From positions 29,135 through 93,134 of IMG/VR virus record IMGVR_UViG_3300037067_021941: 64,000 nucleotides of DNA, one strand, 5' to 3'. Numbering within the stretch: position 1 is the first letter of the stretch; each line of letters starts with the position of its first letter. Below are positions 41,075 through 51,051 of the stretch, piece after piece. Source of the DNA: a virus. Taxonomy: Duplodnaviria; Caudoviricetes. The translations under genes were made by a program, and so were the position numbers. Below the pieces are notes generated by a model, which saw only the letters and a program-made list of their open reading frames with translations, did no database searches and was not told where the DNA came from.

Positions 41075-41986
41075 ATGATATATACATCGACTTATGTCGG
41101 TTGGTACGGTTTCATAAATAACCCAAAAGTAATGAATGTATCGTTTGATATCAAACCAACAATAGAAGATTGGCTTGTGGTTTGGCAGCCAGTAACGCAG
41201 GATGAGCTTGATAAGGTAATGGCTGTCATCAACAAATTTGAATATTCTAAGAGAGTCCTGATACATTACGAAGGAAGATATAAAAGACCTCATGGGTACG
41301 GTGTTAGATACCAACAACAATTTGGAAGAATATATACAAATTGCTCTACAGATGTTGATGGCAATACAGTAAAATATTTTCCAGTGCCCGTATGGGTCAA
41401 ACCAATCACAACAATAACTAAGAGAGAACAATTAATATGCTCTGTCGTAACGAATCGCAGCCACGACAGAGAACCAAGATGCCAAATTACTCGCAGATTA
41501 CAAAATCTTGGAATGGATGTTTATGGTATTAATGATAAACCAATATTGGGAGACACTCCAACTTCTAGGAGTTACGCTGCGAAACTGATGACCATGTCTC
41601 AATACAAGTTCGCTTTTGCTTGTGAAAATCAATTAGATTTAGGACATCTCACAGAAAAACCCTTTGATGCCATATCTGCTGGGTGCATTTTAGTCTATCT
41701 TGGCCCTTTAGATGCTTCACTATTTATCCCTGAAAATTGTTATATTAATTATCGTGATTTTTGGTCTGAATTGGAATTGATGGCACATATCAAAAACATG
41801 TCTTGCGATGAGATAGGCAAGTATCAATCAGCAATATCGCAAGCACGCGACACGTTAATTAATATGAGAACATTTGAATCGTGTGTTAGGTACGTTTGTA
41901 AAGATTTGGGATTTGATTGTGAATCACCATATCACGCTCAATTAGTTGAGTTGACCAATTCTGTAGCCAGCAAGAACACTATATGA
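41075..41986 (+). CDS. GT10 alpha-1,3/4-fucosyltransferase-like protein
   Basis: YKFAFACEN...HLTEKPFDAISAGCILVYLG. Confidence 0.85.
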   Translation: MIYTSTYVGWYGFINNPKVMNVSFDIKPTIEDWLVVWQPVTQDELDKVMAVINKFEYSKRVLIHYEGRYKRPHGYGVRYQQQFGRIYTNCSTDVDGNTVKYFPVPVWVKPITTITKREQLICSVVTNRSHDREPRCQITRRLQNLGMDVYGINDKPILGDTPTSRSYAAKLMTMSQYKFAFACENQLDLGHLTEKPFDAISAGCILVYLGPLDASLFIPENCYINYRDFWSELELMAHIKNMSCDEIGKYQSAISQARDTLINMRTFESCVRYVCKDLGFDCESPYHAQLVELTNSVASKNTI

Positions 41987-41999
41987 TAGGTGGCCCAAT

Positions 42000-42539
42000 A
42001 TGAAATTACATTTGGGATGCGGTAAAACTTTCATTCCTGGATATTACCACATTGACGTAATTGAATTTCCGCATGTTAATATGATTCACAGTGTTGAATC
42101 TCTACCCATGATTCAAGACGAATCTTGCGACGTGGTATATGCATGCCATATATTAGAACACTTCCATAAGAAACAGATTTTACCAGTCCTAAAGGAATGG
42201 TTAAGGGTTTTGAAGAGAGGCGGTACTTTAAGAATATCTGTGCCGGATGTGGAGGCACTGCTAACAGTTTACAAACAAACACACGATTTGAATTTGATTA
42301 TTGGGCCTCTTTTTGGTAGAGGCAATTATTTATATAACATCCATTACACAGCTTTCGATTTTCAAACATTATCTGCCGTTTTATTAGAAGCTGGTGCGAC
42401 TGGAATCGTTAGGTATGATTGGAGAACAACAGAGCACGCTGCTATCGATGACTATAGTCAGGCATATATGCCACATATGGACAAAGAGAATGGCACTTTA
42501 ATTAGTTTGAATGTAGAAGCCTTCAAAAAGGATATTTAA
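42000..42539 (+). CDS. Class I SAM methyltransferase
   Basis: KLHLGCG, HILEH, RVLKRGGTLRISVPD. Confidence 0.88.
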   Translation: MKLHLGCGKTFIPGYYHIDVIEFPHVNMIHSVESLPMIQDESCDVVYACHILEHFHKKQILPVLKEWLRVLKRGGTLRISVPDVEALLTVYKQTHDLNLIIGPLFGRGNYLYNIHYTAFDFQTLSAVLLEAGATGIVRYDWRTTEHAAIDDYSQAYMPHMDKENGTLISLNVEAFKKDI

Positions 42540-42540
42540 A

Positions 42541-43344
42541 TTGAACGTTTATGGAGTTACTTTCGACCCGATAACAAATCAACTAGTGTTAGATAAACAT
42601 GACTGCGGATTACTATCAAATGCTTCTGTGACTTTTAATGGCCTTCTTCAAGCACACAAGCTCACATCAGACCCCATACAAATAAAGTGGCCTCGCACAA
42701 GCGTTTGGAATAAGGACGACAGAGAAGACAGAAATGTGTTTGAATTATATTTTAAGGCCAATCAAAACAAACAACCACCAAGCGTTAACCATGATGTTTA
42801 TTTTTATTGTAGTATTGGTGATTGTGGGAAGTTTGATTTTCAACATTTATCATCTTTCAGAGATTTCTATTTTGGATTCTCAAATGAAGTGCTTCAAACA
42901 GAACAACACTTCTTGAAAAAATACACTATTGAGCCAGAAAAAACAATAGCTGTTCTGTATAGGGGCACTGACAAGATATTGGAAGTACCAAGGGTCCACC
43001 CTCGTTTTTATTTGAACGCTATTAAAGATCTACCACAAGATCACAAAGTTTTATTACAAACCGACCAAATTCAGATACTCAAATATTTTCAACAAGTATT
43101 AGGTAATCGGCTAGTATATATCGATGAAATGCCGATGACAGATAACGACAATGTGATGCATCAACAGACAGGTATTTGCAATTATGTGTTGGGATTGAAT
43201 TATTTAGCGGCTATCTCAATTATGAGCAAATGCGCTCATGTCGTTTTTGATACAAATAATGCGGGGTTGTGGATTTGCATTCTTAGGGGAAATTTACGAA
43301 ACACCTGCCAAATCTTTGCGGAGGTTAAAACTTGGAAACATTAA
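42541..43344 (+). CDS. NodZ/GT23-like (alpha-1,6-type) fucosyltransferase
   Basis: CGLLSN, AVLYRGTDK, LLQTD, MSKC...N. Confidence 0.65.
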   Translation: MNVYGVTFDPITNQLVLDKHDCGLLSNASVTFNGLLQAHKLTSDPIQIKWPRTSVWNKDDREDRNVFELYFKANQNKQPPSVNHDVYFYCSIGDCGKFDFQHLSSFRDFYFGFSNEVLQTEQHFLKKYTIEPEKTIAVLYRGTDKILEVPRVHPRFYLNAIKDLPQDHKVLLQTDQIQILKYFQQVLGNRLVYIDEMPMTDNDNVMHQQTGICNYVLGLNYLAAISIMSKCAHVVFDTNNAGLWICILRGNLRNTCQIFAEVKTWKH

Positions 43345-44039
43345 GAGCCTTATATATTGATCTCTTAAAGAAATCCCTGATGGATATTGGTGTATATACC
43401 GAGATCCATGAAGCTGCTACAAATGGGACCTACTGGCCTACTAGAGCTTTCACAATGATAGGTCTTAAGAGATTAAATAATTTACAGCTATGTATAGAGG
43501 ACGTTATTAAAAATAAAATTGTTGGTGATTTTATCGAGACAGGAGTTTGGCGAGGCGGGTCAGTTATATTCATGCAGGGTATGCTAAAAGCTTACCAAGA
43601 GAATCGGCAAGTGTTTGTTGCGGATTCTTTTCAAGGAGTGCCACCGCCAAACGTTGAAAAATATCCGATAGATAAAGCAAGTACCCTTCATGAAGTTGCA
43701 TTATTAAAAGTAACAAGAGAACAAGTTGAAAAGAATTTCAAGGTTTATAATCTACTTGATTCCAATATTGTTTTCTTAGAGGGTTGGTTCGAGGACACTT
43801 TGAATACTGACTTAATTACAAAGCTAGCCATATTAAGGTTGGATGGTGATCTATACGAATCCACTATGGACTCTTTGAAAGCTCTATATCACAAAGTGTC
43901 TAAAGGAGGTTATATCATTGTCGACGATTATGCATCTTTAGCTTGTAAAACGGCTGTGATTGAATTTCGATCAAGAAATAAAATTACAAATCCTATTATA
44001 GCCATTGATTCATGGGGAGTTTACTGGAAAAATGAATAG
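43332..44039 (+). CDS. TylF/MycF-family sugar O-methyltransferase
   Basis: TMIGLKRL, GDFIETGVWRGG, ADSFQG, GWF, LRLDGDLYEST, VDDY. Confidence 0.92.
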   Translation: METLRALYIDLLKKSLMDIGVYTEIHEAATNGTYWPTRAFTMIGLKRLNNLQLCIEDVIKNKIVGDFIETGVWRGGSVIFMQGMLKAYQENRQVFVADSFQGVPPPNVEKYPIDKASTLHEVALLKVTREQVEKNFKVYNLLDSNIVFLEGWFEDTLNTDLITKLAILRLDGDLYESTMDSLKALYHKVSKGGYIIVDDYASLACKTAVIEFRSRNKITNPIIAIDSWGVYWKNE

Positions 44040-44649
44040 AACAGACATTATCAACTTTTATGTCGATAAATTCGTTGAGTGTGCTTATTTGGAAGTTGGC
44101 GTAGGAAATTTATCAGCAAACTTCACTAAGATAAGAGCTGCCAATAAATTCTGTGTAGATCCTTGCACGCAAGGCGCTACATACAAGATGAAATCAAATG
44201 ATTTCTTTCTCAACAACCAGAGAAAATATGATGTTATTTTTATTGATGGTGACCATAGAGCCATCCAGGTTATTGAAGATATTCGCAATGCTCTTAAATT
44301 TATTACACAACGTGGGATCATTTTGTTACACGATTGCAATCCTCTACTAGAGACACACCAGAGAGATGAAATTGTTGAAGCACATTGGAATGGATCGGTA
44401 TGGAAAGCGATTCTTTTCTACAGAATGACAGAACCAAATATAAGCATTCAAACTGTGAATATTGACGAAGGGATAGGTATCATTAAGCCCTTTGCGCAAC
44501 AACAACTTTTCACACCGAGGTTATCAGTCTCACTTGATCCAAATGAATTTTGTACATTTTTTACTTTCGATTTCTTACATGAACATAGACAGAATATTTT
44601 AAATCTTTTGACTGTCGAAGAATGGAGAGCGATGGAAAGTAATGGATAA
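44032..44649 (+). CDS. Class I SAM methyltransferase (Methyltransf_24-like)
   Basis: YLEVGV, VIFIDGDH, LLHDCNP, WNGSVWK. Confidence 0.85.
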   Translation: MNRTDIINFYVDKFVECAYLEVGVGNLSANFTKIRAANKFCVDPCTQGATYKMKSNDFFLNNQRKYDVIFIDGDHRAIQVIEDIRNALKFITQRGIILLHDCNPLLETHQRDEIVEAHWNGSVWKAILFYRMTEPNISIQTVNIDEGIGIIKPFAQQQLFTPRLSVSLDPNEFCTFFTFDFLHEHRQNILNLLTVEEWRAMESNG

Positions 44650-45673
44650 TTATAAAGTTGCAAATTTGGGCTGCGATCCATGGAGTGAGGGGCTAAAATC
44701 CCAGATTCTTGAATTTCCACACTATAAAACAGCCAAAATATGGATTGAGAATATAAATATTGATATGGAAGAGACACCATATTATCAATGGCTAAAAAAC
44801 GAACTAGATGCTAATGGTAGTGTCTGGAATGGAATATTGAATAATAAAAGTGATATTATAAGACAGTATGACAATTTCAAACACTTGTTCTGGATGGCAC
44901 CAAGTTTTGTAGAACATGAGATAATGAATCGTGTTGTAAATGGAGTCATGCATTATTTTGGTCCCATTTGTATAAAAATCGAAGATGATGGTGCTATGTC
45001 CATTTGGGATGGTATGCACAGAATATCAATCTTATTCGCACTTAATTATCCTATTAAATTCACAATTTGCGAACGACAAACTAAATGGCAAAAAATTGTA
45101 GATGATTTAAAGCAATTATATCCAACCATAATGTATCAAGCTATACCACATCCAGATTTTGAAGATTGGAACTATTGCAATAACGACGAGAAAGAATCGA
45201 ACATTAAGAACATCATTGAAGAGCATAATATTAAATCGGTTCTCGATCTTGGCAGTTGTCATGGTCATGTTCTTTATAGTATAAGAGAATTACTTAAATC
45301 AGCAGCGGGCGTGGAATATAATCAAATCAGATATCGTATGTTGAAGCTATTGTTCGATAAAATTGGATTTGCAGCATATAACGATAACTTCTTCAATGTC
45401 GTAGAGAAATATCAGGGTAATGTTGATTGCGTTTTCGCTTTAGCTGTATTCCATCATTTTTCCAAAGAAAATCCGTTAGAGAAATTTGAGAATCTGTTAG
45501 ATCATATAAGAAAAATATCAAGCACACTACTCTATGAACTACCTGAGCCATGCGAAACGCAGTACGACTGGATGTATAAAGATGTAGATATGCACAGTCT
45601 TATTCAATCGAGATACAAAAACAAACTCGTTGTTCAGATGCAACAAAGGAAGCTTATACTACTACAAGCATAA
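44642..45673 (+). CDS. ParB-like N-domain + class I methyltransferase
   Basis: IWDGMHRISI; VLDLGSCHG, GVE, LAVFHH. Confidence 0.65.
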   Translation: MDNYKVANLGCDPWSEGLKSQILEFPHYKTAKIWIENINIDMEETPYYQWLKNELDANGSVWNGILNNKSDIIRQYDNFKHLFWMAPSFVEHEIMNRVVNGVMHYFGPICIKIEDDGAMSIWDGMHRISILFALNYPIKFTICERQTKWQKIVDDLKQLYPTIMYQAIPHPDFEDWNYCNNDEKESNIKNIIEEHNIKSVLDLGSCHGHVLYSIRELLKSAAGVEYNQIRYRMLKLLFDKIGFAAYNDNFFNVVEKYQGNVDCVFALAVFHHFSKENPLEKFENLLDHIRKISSTLLYELPEPCETQYDWMYKDVDMHSLIQSRYKNKLVVQMQQRKLILLQA

Positions 45674-45730
45674 AGATGGATGTATTAAATAAAAAGCTAT
45701 CTCAAACTGTAATAAATTGAGCACGAGAAA

Positions 45731-47923
45731 ATGATTGATCTTGAATCTGTTGCTGTCGAAGGCTTCATGAGTTGGGGGCCATACCAATCAACGATTAAGC
45801 TGTCCAATATGGAGCAATGCTTTATTATTGGTAACGTCTTCGATAAAACAGGCTCCAGCGGACACTATGGCCGATCCAACGGTGCTGGCAAATCTTCATT
45901 GATGCAAGCCATATTATGGTGTTTATCTGGCAGCACTGTTTACAACCTAAAACCTGGCGATAAAGTATTAAATTGGTTCTCGTCGGGCAATGCTAGAGTT
46001 ACGCTCAGATTCAAGAATGGCGATGAAGTAACTCGTGTTAGAACGCGATCGGGAGATACAGAGCTTTTATTCAGACGTGGTACACAAGAAATTATCAATT
46101 GCACTCTATCGACTACTAGTAATCAACAACGATTATTAAACAAAGAGCTAAGCTTTGATTATGGTTTATTTTGTGGTTCTGTGTTCTTCTCTCAATATCG
46201 TCAGCCGTGGCTTGCCATGCAAGACCAAACAAGACGCCAAGCTTTTGAACGTATAATGGGAATCGACCGTTTGTCGATTTATGCAGAGGTTGCAAAAGCA
46301 AGATATGATAGAGTGCTACAAGAACAAGAAAAACGTAAGATAAAAATAGAGGGATCAAACACTAACATCGCTAATATGATGCAACAGCTTGTACTTGCTC
46401 AAAGCTCATCAGAAACATTCGAGACAAGTCGTAGTGAACGTCATGCAGCAAAACTAAAACATTTAGCTGAATATGAAGAACAAGCGCGTCAATTTACTCA
46501 AATAGATATAACTGCCTTGACCCAGAAATGGAGCATAGTTGACAAAATCAATGCTAAAATAATAGAAATTCAATCTCAGATAACCGAAGCCGACTCTGGT
46601 ATATCCAATGCTGAGAATGTGAAGCTGAATGCAATTATACGCCTTAGACAAGAAGCACAAACCACAAAAGATACCGTATCAAAATCATCTGGTGTTGAAG
46701 AGGCATCAATACAAAATACGTGTGATAGCGCAACTAAAAAGAAAGAAGATGAAATCGACGTAATCGACAAGAAGATATTAGCTATCCGCACTAAAGTATC
46801 GGAGCAGAATGGCATCGTAAACTCACAAGACGCCATTATTAAACGATGGTTGGATAAAGCTGGTAAGATATGTACAGAATGCGAGCGTGAACTTCCAGCA
46901 GATTATGCGAATAGTAAAATTGATGGCCCGAAATTTGTGAAGGGTACGGCAGAACGTAAGATATTAGAATTCCAGATTGTAATAGCTGAGCAAGAAGATA
47001 AGATTGCTAAAATCAGAAAACAAATTGAGAAAATAGAAACGGAGGCTGAAACAGCCATAGCAGCAGCTTCCGCAAAATCATCAGCAGCAATCGCTGCCAT
47101 TGACAAGCAATTGACGGCATCGATCAATGTTGTTAACGAAACTGCTACAACAACCAAGACTGAATTGCAAACGAAGAAAACGCAACTAGAGAAACTCATT
47201 ATAACTACCAGGACGAAATTAGCTACTGTGAAACCAGATCTTACTGTCAAAGAGGCTAACGCTAAGAACGCCCAACGGAATACAATCATCGACTCGATAC
47301 GTCGCGCCAGAGAAGAGGCTGATAATATAGCGGCAGAGAAAAACACGCATATGACGCCCATTATACAATTAGGTCAAGACATCAAGAAGATGGAAGACCA
47401 GGTTAAAGTCGAAACAAAAGATCTAAACACTTACGATATTATTTTATCCCATCTGCAATATATCTATAAAGCTTACAGCGACCGCAGGAAAATCAAGAGC
47501 TATTTAATTAATCGCCATCAACCATATTTTAACTCTAGATTACATCATTATCTCGATTTATTTGGGCTAGATATCAAAGTATCTCTCACAGATTCGCTCG
47601 GCATTGAAAGTAATCTATGGGGATACGATTTCCAAAGCGGAGGAGAGCGAGGAAGAACAGATTTAGCCTTTATGTTTGCTGTGTTCGATTTACATCAGGG
47701 GATGCATGGACCGCAGAGTAATATCTTAATATTAGATGAACCAGAAAAAGCTCTAGATGAATATGGCCGTCAAATGCTAATAAGTGTAATCAAAGATGAC
47801 CTAGCGACTAGATTTGAGTCAATTTTCATCATATCACACAGCGACTGCTTCCAAGATGTTTTCCCACATCAAATCACTGTCGAAAGAACTGACAGGTTCT
47901 CACATATTACCGATATCAGATAA
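45731..47923 (+). CDS. Rad50/SbcC/gp46-like SMC ATPase
   Basis: GRSNGAGKSS, coiled coil with CTEC hook, QSGGE, LILDE, IISH. Confidence 0.92.
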   Translation: MIDLESVAVEGFMSWGPYQSTIKLSNMEQCFIIGNVFDKTGSSGHYGRSNGAGKSSLMQAILWCLSGSTVYNLKPGDKVLNWFSSGNARVTLRFKNGDEVTRVRTRSGDTELLFRRGTQEIINCTLSTTSNQQRLLNKELSFDYGLFCGSVFFSQYRQPWLAMQDQTRRQAFERIMGIDRLSIYAEVAKARYDRVLQEQEKRKIKIEGSNTNIANMMQQLVLAQSSSETFETSRSERHAAKLKHLAEYEEQARQFTQIDITALTQKWSIVDKINAKIIEIQSQITEADSGISNAENVKLNAIIRLRQEAQTTKDTVSKSSGVEEASIQNTCDSATKKKEDEIDVIDKKILAIRTKVSEQNGIVNSQDAIIKRWLDKAGKICTECERELPADYANSKIDGPKFVKGTAERKILEFQIVIAEQEDKIAKIRKQIEKIETEAETAIAAASAKSSAAIAAIDKQLTASINVVNETATTTKTELQTKKTQLEKLIITTRTKLATVKPDLTVKEANAKNAQRNTIIDSIRRAREEADNIAAEKNTHMTPIIQLGQDIKKMEDQVKVETKDLNTYDIILSHLQYIYKAYSDRRKIKSYLINRHQPYFNSRLHHYLDLFGLDIKVSLTDSLGIESNLWGYDFQSGGERGRTDLAFMFAVFDLHQGMHGPQSNILILDEPEKALDEYGRQMLISVIKDDLATRFESIFIISHSDCFQDVFPHQITVERTDRFSHITDIR

Positions 47924-47939
47924 TAGGAGTGTTTGAATA

Positions 47940-49103
47940 ATGGATAGCTCAGAGGGCCAATCGGCGTTGGTCGCCGAGCCACCTAGTTCTAAAACGCAAT
48001 CTTTTCGCGAACGATATTTTCCAAACACGACCAATGAAGAATGGAATGATTGGCGTTGGCAGTTAAGCAATAAATATACGACGAAAGAGCAGATCGAGAC
48101 TATAATTGATCTGAGCAGTAAAGAAAGTTCAGCTATGGTAAAACTCCATAGCTATGGTAGACTAGCGATTAATATTACACCATATTATCTCAGTCTAATA
48201 TCACCGAACGAGCCAAATCAACCGCTTCGACGAACAATTGTACCAACCTTCGATGAATTTTACACATCGCCCGGTGAAACAGAAGATCCATTATCGGAAG
48301 ACAGAGACACCCCAGTTCCGAAGCTTGTGCACCGATATGGTGATAGAGCTTTGCTTTTAGTAGCTGGCCAATGTGCTAGTTATTGTCGATATTGCACACG
48401 ATCAAGATTGATTTGTGTACAAAATGCAAAACCAGCTACGCAATCGCAACTAAACGCAGCGATAGCTTACATCAGACAAAATACAAATATCAGGGATGTC
48501 ATCGTATCTGGTGGCGATCCACTATTATTTAGAGACGGCAAGCTTGATTCAATTCTGTATGAACTGCGGCACATTCAGCACGTAGAAATTATCAGGATCG
48601 GTACAAAGGTACCCGTAGTACTGCCACAGCGAATTACACCAAAACTATGCAAAATGCTAAAGAAGTACCACCCACTTTTTATGAGTATCCATTTTACGCA
48701 TCCAGACGAATGCACCCAGGAATGCGCTAAAGCTTGCTCGATGCTGGTAGATGCTGGGATACCACTCGGTTCGCAAACAGTACTACTGTCGGGCATCAAC
48801 GACAGCGTCGAGACTATGAAGTTATTGATGCATCGACTACTGATGATGCGGGTAAGACCATATTACTTATATCAATGCGATCTAGTTACTGGCACAGCAC
48901 ACTTTAGGACTCCAATTTCGAAAGGCGTAGAAATTATTGAGGGGCTTCGTGGGCATACCTCAGGTTATGCCATTCCTACATTCGTGGTAGATGGCCCCGG
49001 TGGTGTCGGAAAAATACCAATACAACCAAATTATGTAATCAAACAAGATGAGACAGGATCTGTACTTCGAAATTTCTGTGGGCAGACTTGCCACTATCCC
49101 TGA
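47940..49103 (+). CDS. kamA: Lysine 2,3-aminomutase (KamA-family radical SAM)
   Basis: LVHRYGDR, CASYCRYCTR, SGGDPL, QTVLL, PYYLYQCD, GHTSGYAIP, PGGVGKIP. Confidence 0.88.
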   Translation: MDSSEGQSALVAEPPSSKTQSFRERYFPNTTNEEWNDWRWQLSNKYTTKEQIETIIDLSSKESSAMVKLHSYGRLAINITPYYLSLISPNEPNQPLRRTIVPTFDEFYTSPGETEDPLSEDRDTPVPKLVHRYGDRALLLVAGQCASYCRYCTRSRLICVQNAKPATQSQLNAAIAYIRQNTNIRDVIVSGGDPLLFRDGKLDSILYELRHIQHVEIIRIGTKVPVVLPQRITPKLCKMLKKYHPLFMSIHFTHPDECTQECAKACSMLVDAGIPLGSQTVLLSGINDSVETMKLLMHRLLMMRVRPYYLYQCDLVTGTAHFRTPISKGVEIIEGLRGHTSGYAIPTFVVDGPGGVGKIPIQPNYVIKQDETGSVLRNFCGQTCHYP

Positions 49104-49117
49104 TAAAATATAATTTT

Positions 49118-49648
49118 ATGGCTCAATTTACAGATAAACTACGAACTGCCCTGAATAATGATGTCGCCGAAAGACTTCTTGTCCGTTATTTTACTAGTAA
49201 GGGATTTGATAAGACGAAACTCGACCAATTAATTTATCCACCAATTATGCAGGATATGCAAATTGCTATATCCGAAATGTCAGATAAATTAGAAGTCGTA
49301 CCGCATGTCAGAAACATTGATCCGCTTGGCGATACTGCTCGTTTGGGATGGAATTTATTCGTGCTTGGTAATCAGCGATGCTACTTGGGCGAGACATTCC
49401 ATATGGGACTCAAACGTCTCACTCTTCAATTGCAGCATGGACAGATTTTATCAGAAGATATGTCAGCTACGAGGCAGACGACGCCCAGACGAGTCATTAA
49501 GTTTATTTCGAGAGTTTTTCAGAGCCATGAAGACGGCTATATTAATCTCACCCCACGTATAATTCCGCTGCCTTATCAACACCCGAGAGCATCAGGCTTA
49601 GGCATGGCTCAACAGTTTTGGAGCAAGCCTGGCGGACCTAAATGGTAA
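49118..49648 (+). CDS. Hypothetical protein
   Basis: Likely ATG at 49118 (MAQFTDK). Confidence 0.6.
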   Translation: MAQFTDKLRTALNNDVAERLLVRYFTSKGFDKTKLDQLIYPPIMQDMQIAISEMSDKLEVVPHVRNIDPLGDTARLGWNLFVLGNQRCYLGETFHMGLKRLTLQLQHGQILSEDMSATRQTTPRRVIKFISRVFQSHEDGYINLTPRIIPLPYQHPRASGLGMAQQFWSKPGGPKW

Positions 49649-50998
49649 TTACATGTCAGGCTCGACAGCCATACCATGTGCTATTAGTTGCACACCAATT
49701 ATCTGCTGACATTGTTTAATGTCTTTTGGTGTGCATCCAAGAAATTTTGCCATCCGATTCTTGTGAGGGACGCCCTGATTTACTCGCGGCGTATCCGGAT
49801 ATTGTCTGACAAAATCTTGGTAGATTGGTCCAGTACCAAGTAGTAATTGAAAAACCGCTTGGCAATGCCCATCTGGTAAACAACGTTGCACATGAGTGAT
49901 GATCTCATGTGTCTCAACAGTATTTGCACTATCTTCGAGCATGTGTTGATCCTCTAACTGTGAGATAACATCAATCGAATCACCGTCATCGCTGCGATGA
50001 CCAACGACATTGTTCACAATTTGAACTTCTGAATTGACAGACGCAGAAAATTCAGTATAAGATGCTTGCCCCTGCATATCGCGTACCACTATATAATTAG
50101 AATTGATAGCGACTTCTCCATTAAGAGAAATTAAACGCTCCTTGATTTCCCAAAAACGAGGATAGAAATCTGATGGCGATAGCAACATTGGATCACACGT
50201 AATAGCATAACAAGAACAATCTATAGGGAATAATTTATTACGCTCCGGAACATCATGATAAATGTGAAAGGCTTTCAAGTCTGACAATAACAAATTAATA
50301 GAATCAGCAGCGGTTTTGTCAGTTGGTCCGAACAACCCTATTGTTCGTTTTTGATGTTTGGTTATTGGGTTTTCGAGCAGTATCTGTCTGAAATAATTCC
50401 AAATAAATGATCCAAAAAATTTCTTTAGCTGTTCTGGGTCATTAAGGATTCGTTCTGGGTCTTCTATTTTCGTCGCTCCACGGATAGCTTTGATACAACT
50501 TTTAATTAGCGGTGGAACTCTCCGCTCTCGTTGCAATCTATCGACGACGTATAAATATTCTTCCTGAGTTAGTGGATCGTCCACTAAGAAAATGCTATCG
50601 CACGGATCTGAAACCAAACAGCCATTACAAACAGGACAAAAATTAAAACATCTATTGAATTGCGTAATACGATTGCTTTGGCTGAGAAAAGAAGTGCTAT
50701 GACATAGCGAGCATTCGAAATTATAGTCGGCGTGATATAGAAGGTGCACAAGCCCGCGCCAAACAGCTATTTGAAACTCTTCTTGTGCTGCATTTATGTT
50801 ATCGTGATAATCAGCAGCAATTGTAGCTCCTAATTGATAAATAAACTCTTGCTTGTGCCCAGCAAGTACTTCATGCTCTCCCACAGTAACCATCAACTCT
50901 TCAATTCTGCTTCGCTGTTCTGGTGTCAGATTTTTCATCGTGACATTTGCGAGTGACCCACGCAAAAAGACCTCCGCCTGTTGTCTTACTTTGGCCAT
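49649..50998 (-). CDS. Divergent sigma70-like factor with a Zn-ribbon insertion
   Basis: AQEEFQIAVWRGL (region 2.2-like), CSLC/CPVC insert, FGSFIWNYFRQIL (2.3/2.4-like), C-terminal LPDGHCQAVFQLL...RMAKFLGCT (region 4 HTH-like). Confidence 0.5.
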   Translation of the reverse strand: MAKVRQQAEVFLRGSLANVTMKNLTPEQRSRIEELMVTVGEHEVLAGHKQEFIYQLGATIAADYHDNINAAQEEFQIAVWRGLVHLLYHADYNFECSLCHSTSFLSQSNRITQFNRCFNFCPVCNGCLVSDPCDSIFLVDDPLTQEEYLYVVDRLQRERRVPPLIKSCIKAIRGATKIEDPERILNDPEQLKKFFGSFIWNYFRQILLENPITKHQKRTIGLFGPTDKTAADSINLLLSDLKAFHIYHDVPERNKLFPIDCSCYAITCDPMLLSPSDFYPRFWEIKERLISLNGEVAINSNYIVVRDMQGQASYTEFSASVNSEVQIVNNVVGHRSDDGDSIDVISQLEDQHMLEDSANTVETHEIITHVQRCLPDGHCQAVFQLLLGTGPIYQDFVRQYPDTPRVNQGVPHKNRMAKFLGCTPKDIKQCQQIIGVQLIAHGMAVEPDM

Positions 50999-51051
50999 AC
51001 AAACATTCCTTCGAGTGTATTAAAAACAGGGAAAACAAAAGGGAACTCTCA

